From IMG/VR virus record IMGVR_UViG_3300045988_173299, positions 1 through 42,765 of that record: a DNA stretch of 42,765 nt, one strand, 5' to 3'. Below, piece by piece: positions 42,711 to 42,765 of this stretch (position 1 is the first letter of the stretch; each line of letters starts with the position of its first letter). This DNA comes from a virus. A program made the position numbers and the translations under genes. The notes under the pieces are model-generated. The model saw nothing but the letters and a program-made list of their open reading frames with translations. It was not told the DNA's origin and searched no databases.

Positions 42711-42765
42711 AACCTTCCCGCGTGAAGCCTTTCAGCACGCGAGCCACAGCTGCGCGCCCTACCAA
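42711..42765. repeat. 55-bp exact terminal direct repeat, copy 2
   Basis: Identical to 1-55. Confidence 0.8.

Noticed and set aside
42422-42712. 96-aa minus-strand ORF across the tRNA-like element
   Set aside because: It overlaps a structured noncoding region, has no RBS, and the tRNA-like fold is the better explanation.
1-42765. Interpretation of the 55-bp terminal repeats as attL/attR of an integrated prophage
   Set aside because: No host genes lie at either end. int is 2 kb from the repeat with the repressor in between. Gene order is seamless across the junction. 55 bp is a typical k-mer overlap.

Overview
The window reads as a complete, circularly closed genome (about 42.7 kb unique sequence) of a temperate siphovirus from a high-GC Gram-positive (actinobacterial-type) host. 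Bases 1-55 are identical to 42711-42765, and 55 is a common assembler k-mer length, which points to a circular contig rather than an integrated prophage. Gene order is lambda-like and continuous across the junction. A minus-strand lysogeny block (tyrosine integrase, lipoprotein, ImmA-like metalloprotease, XRE repressor, 39548-41941) faces a plus-strand Cro-like gene through an operator-rich region. A 590-bp noncoding stretch with a tRNA-like minihelix follows. Then comes the early operon (134-11323): Xis-like HTH, small early ORFs, and a replication module (Cas4-like PD-(D/E)XK exonuclease, DUF2815 SSB-like protein, family-A DNA polymerase, PrimPol/SF3 primase-helicase, an iteron-rich putative origin, VRR-NUC nuclease, SNF2 helicase). 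A low-GC moron island (11340-12340) precedes HNH endonuclease, small and large terminase, portal, a MuF-like protein, scaffold, major capsid, head-tail connectors, major tail, the G/GT chaperone pair with a textbook -1 frameshift signal, a 1810-aa tape measure carrying NlpC/P60 and lytic-transglycosylase domains, six minor tail/fibre proteins (collagen-like and Gly-rich), and a lysis cassette (M23+GH25 endolysin, a terminator-flanked moron, holin-like membrane proteins). The most interesting observations are: (1) the MuF-like head protein has a roughly 200-aa low-GC C-terminal extension followed by a small very acidic ORF and a terminator, the architecture of MuF-fused polymorphic toxin plus immunity cassettes; (2) just downstream of int, the probable attP carries the 3' end of an acyl-CoA dehydrogenase gene with its own terminator, bracketed by duplicated arm-type repeats, implying integration into and reconstitution of a host fadE-like gene; (3) three low-GC moron insertions are delimited by terminators (11.3-12.3 kb, 36.99-37.92 kb, lipoprotein at 40.8-41.1 kb); (4) a probable one-base frameshift or indel at a G5 tract truncates the Gly-rich tail protein. 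Everything here is read from the sequence alone; no database searches were possible.
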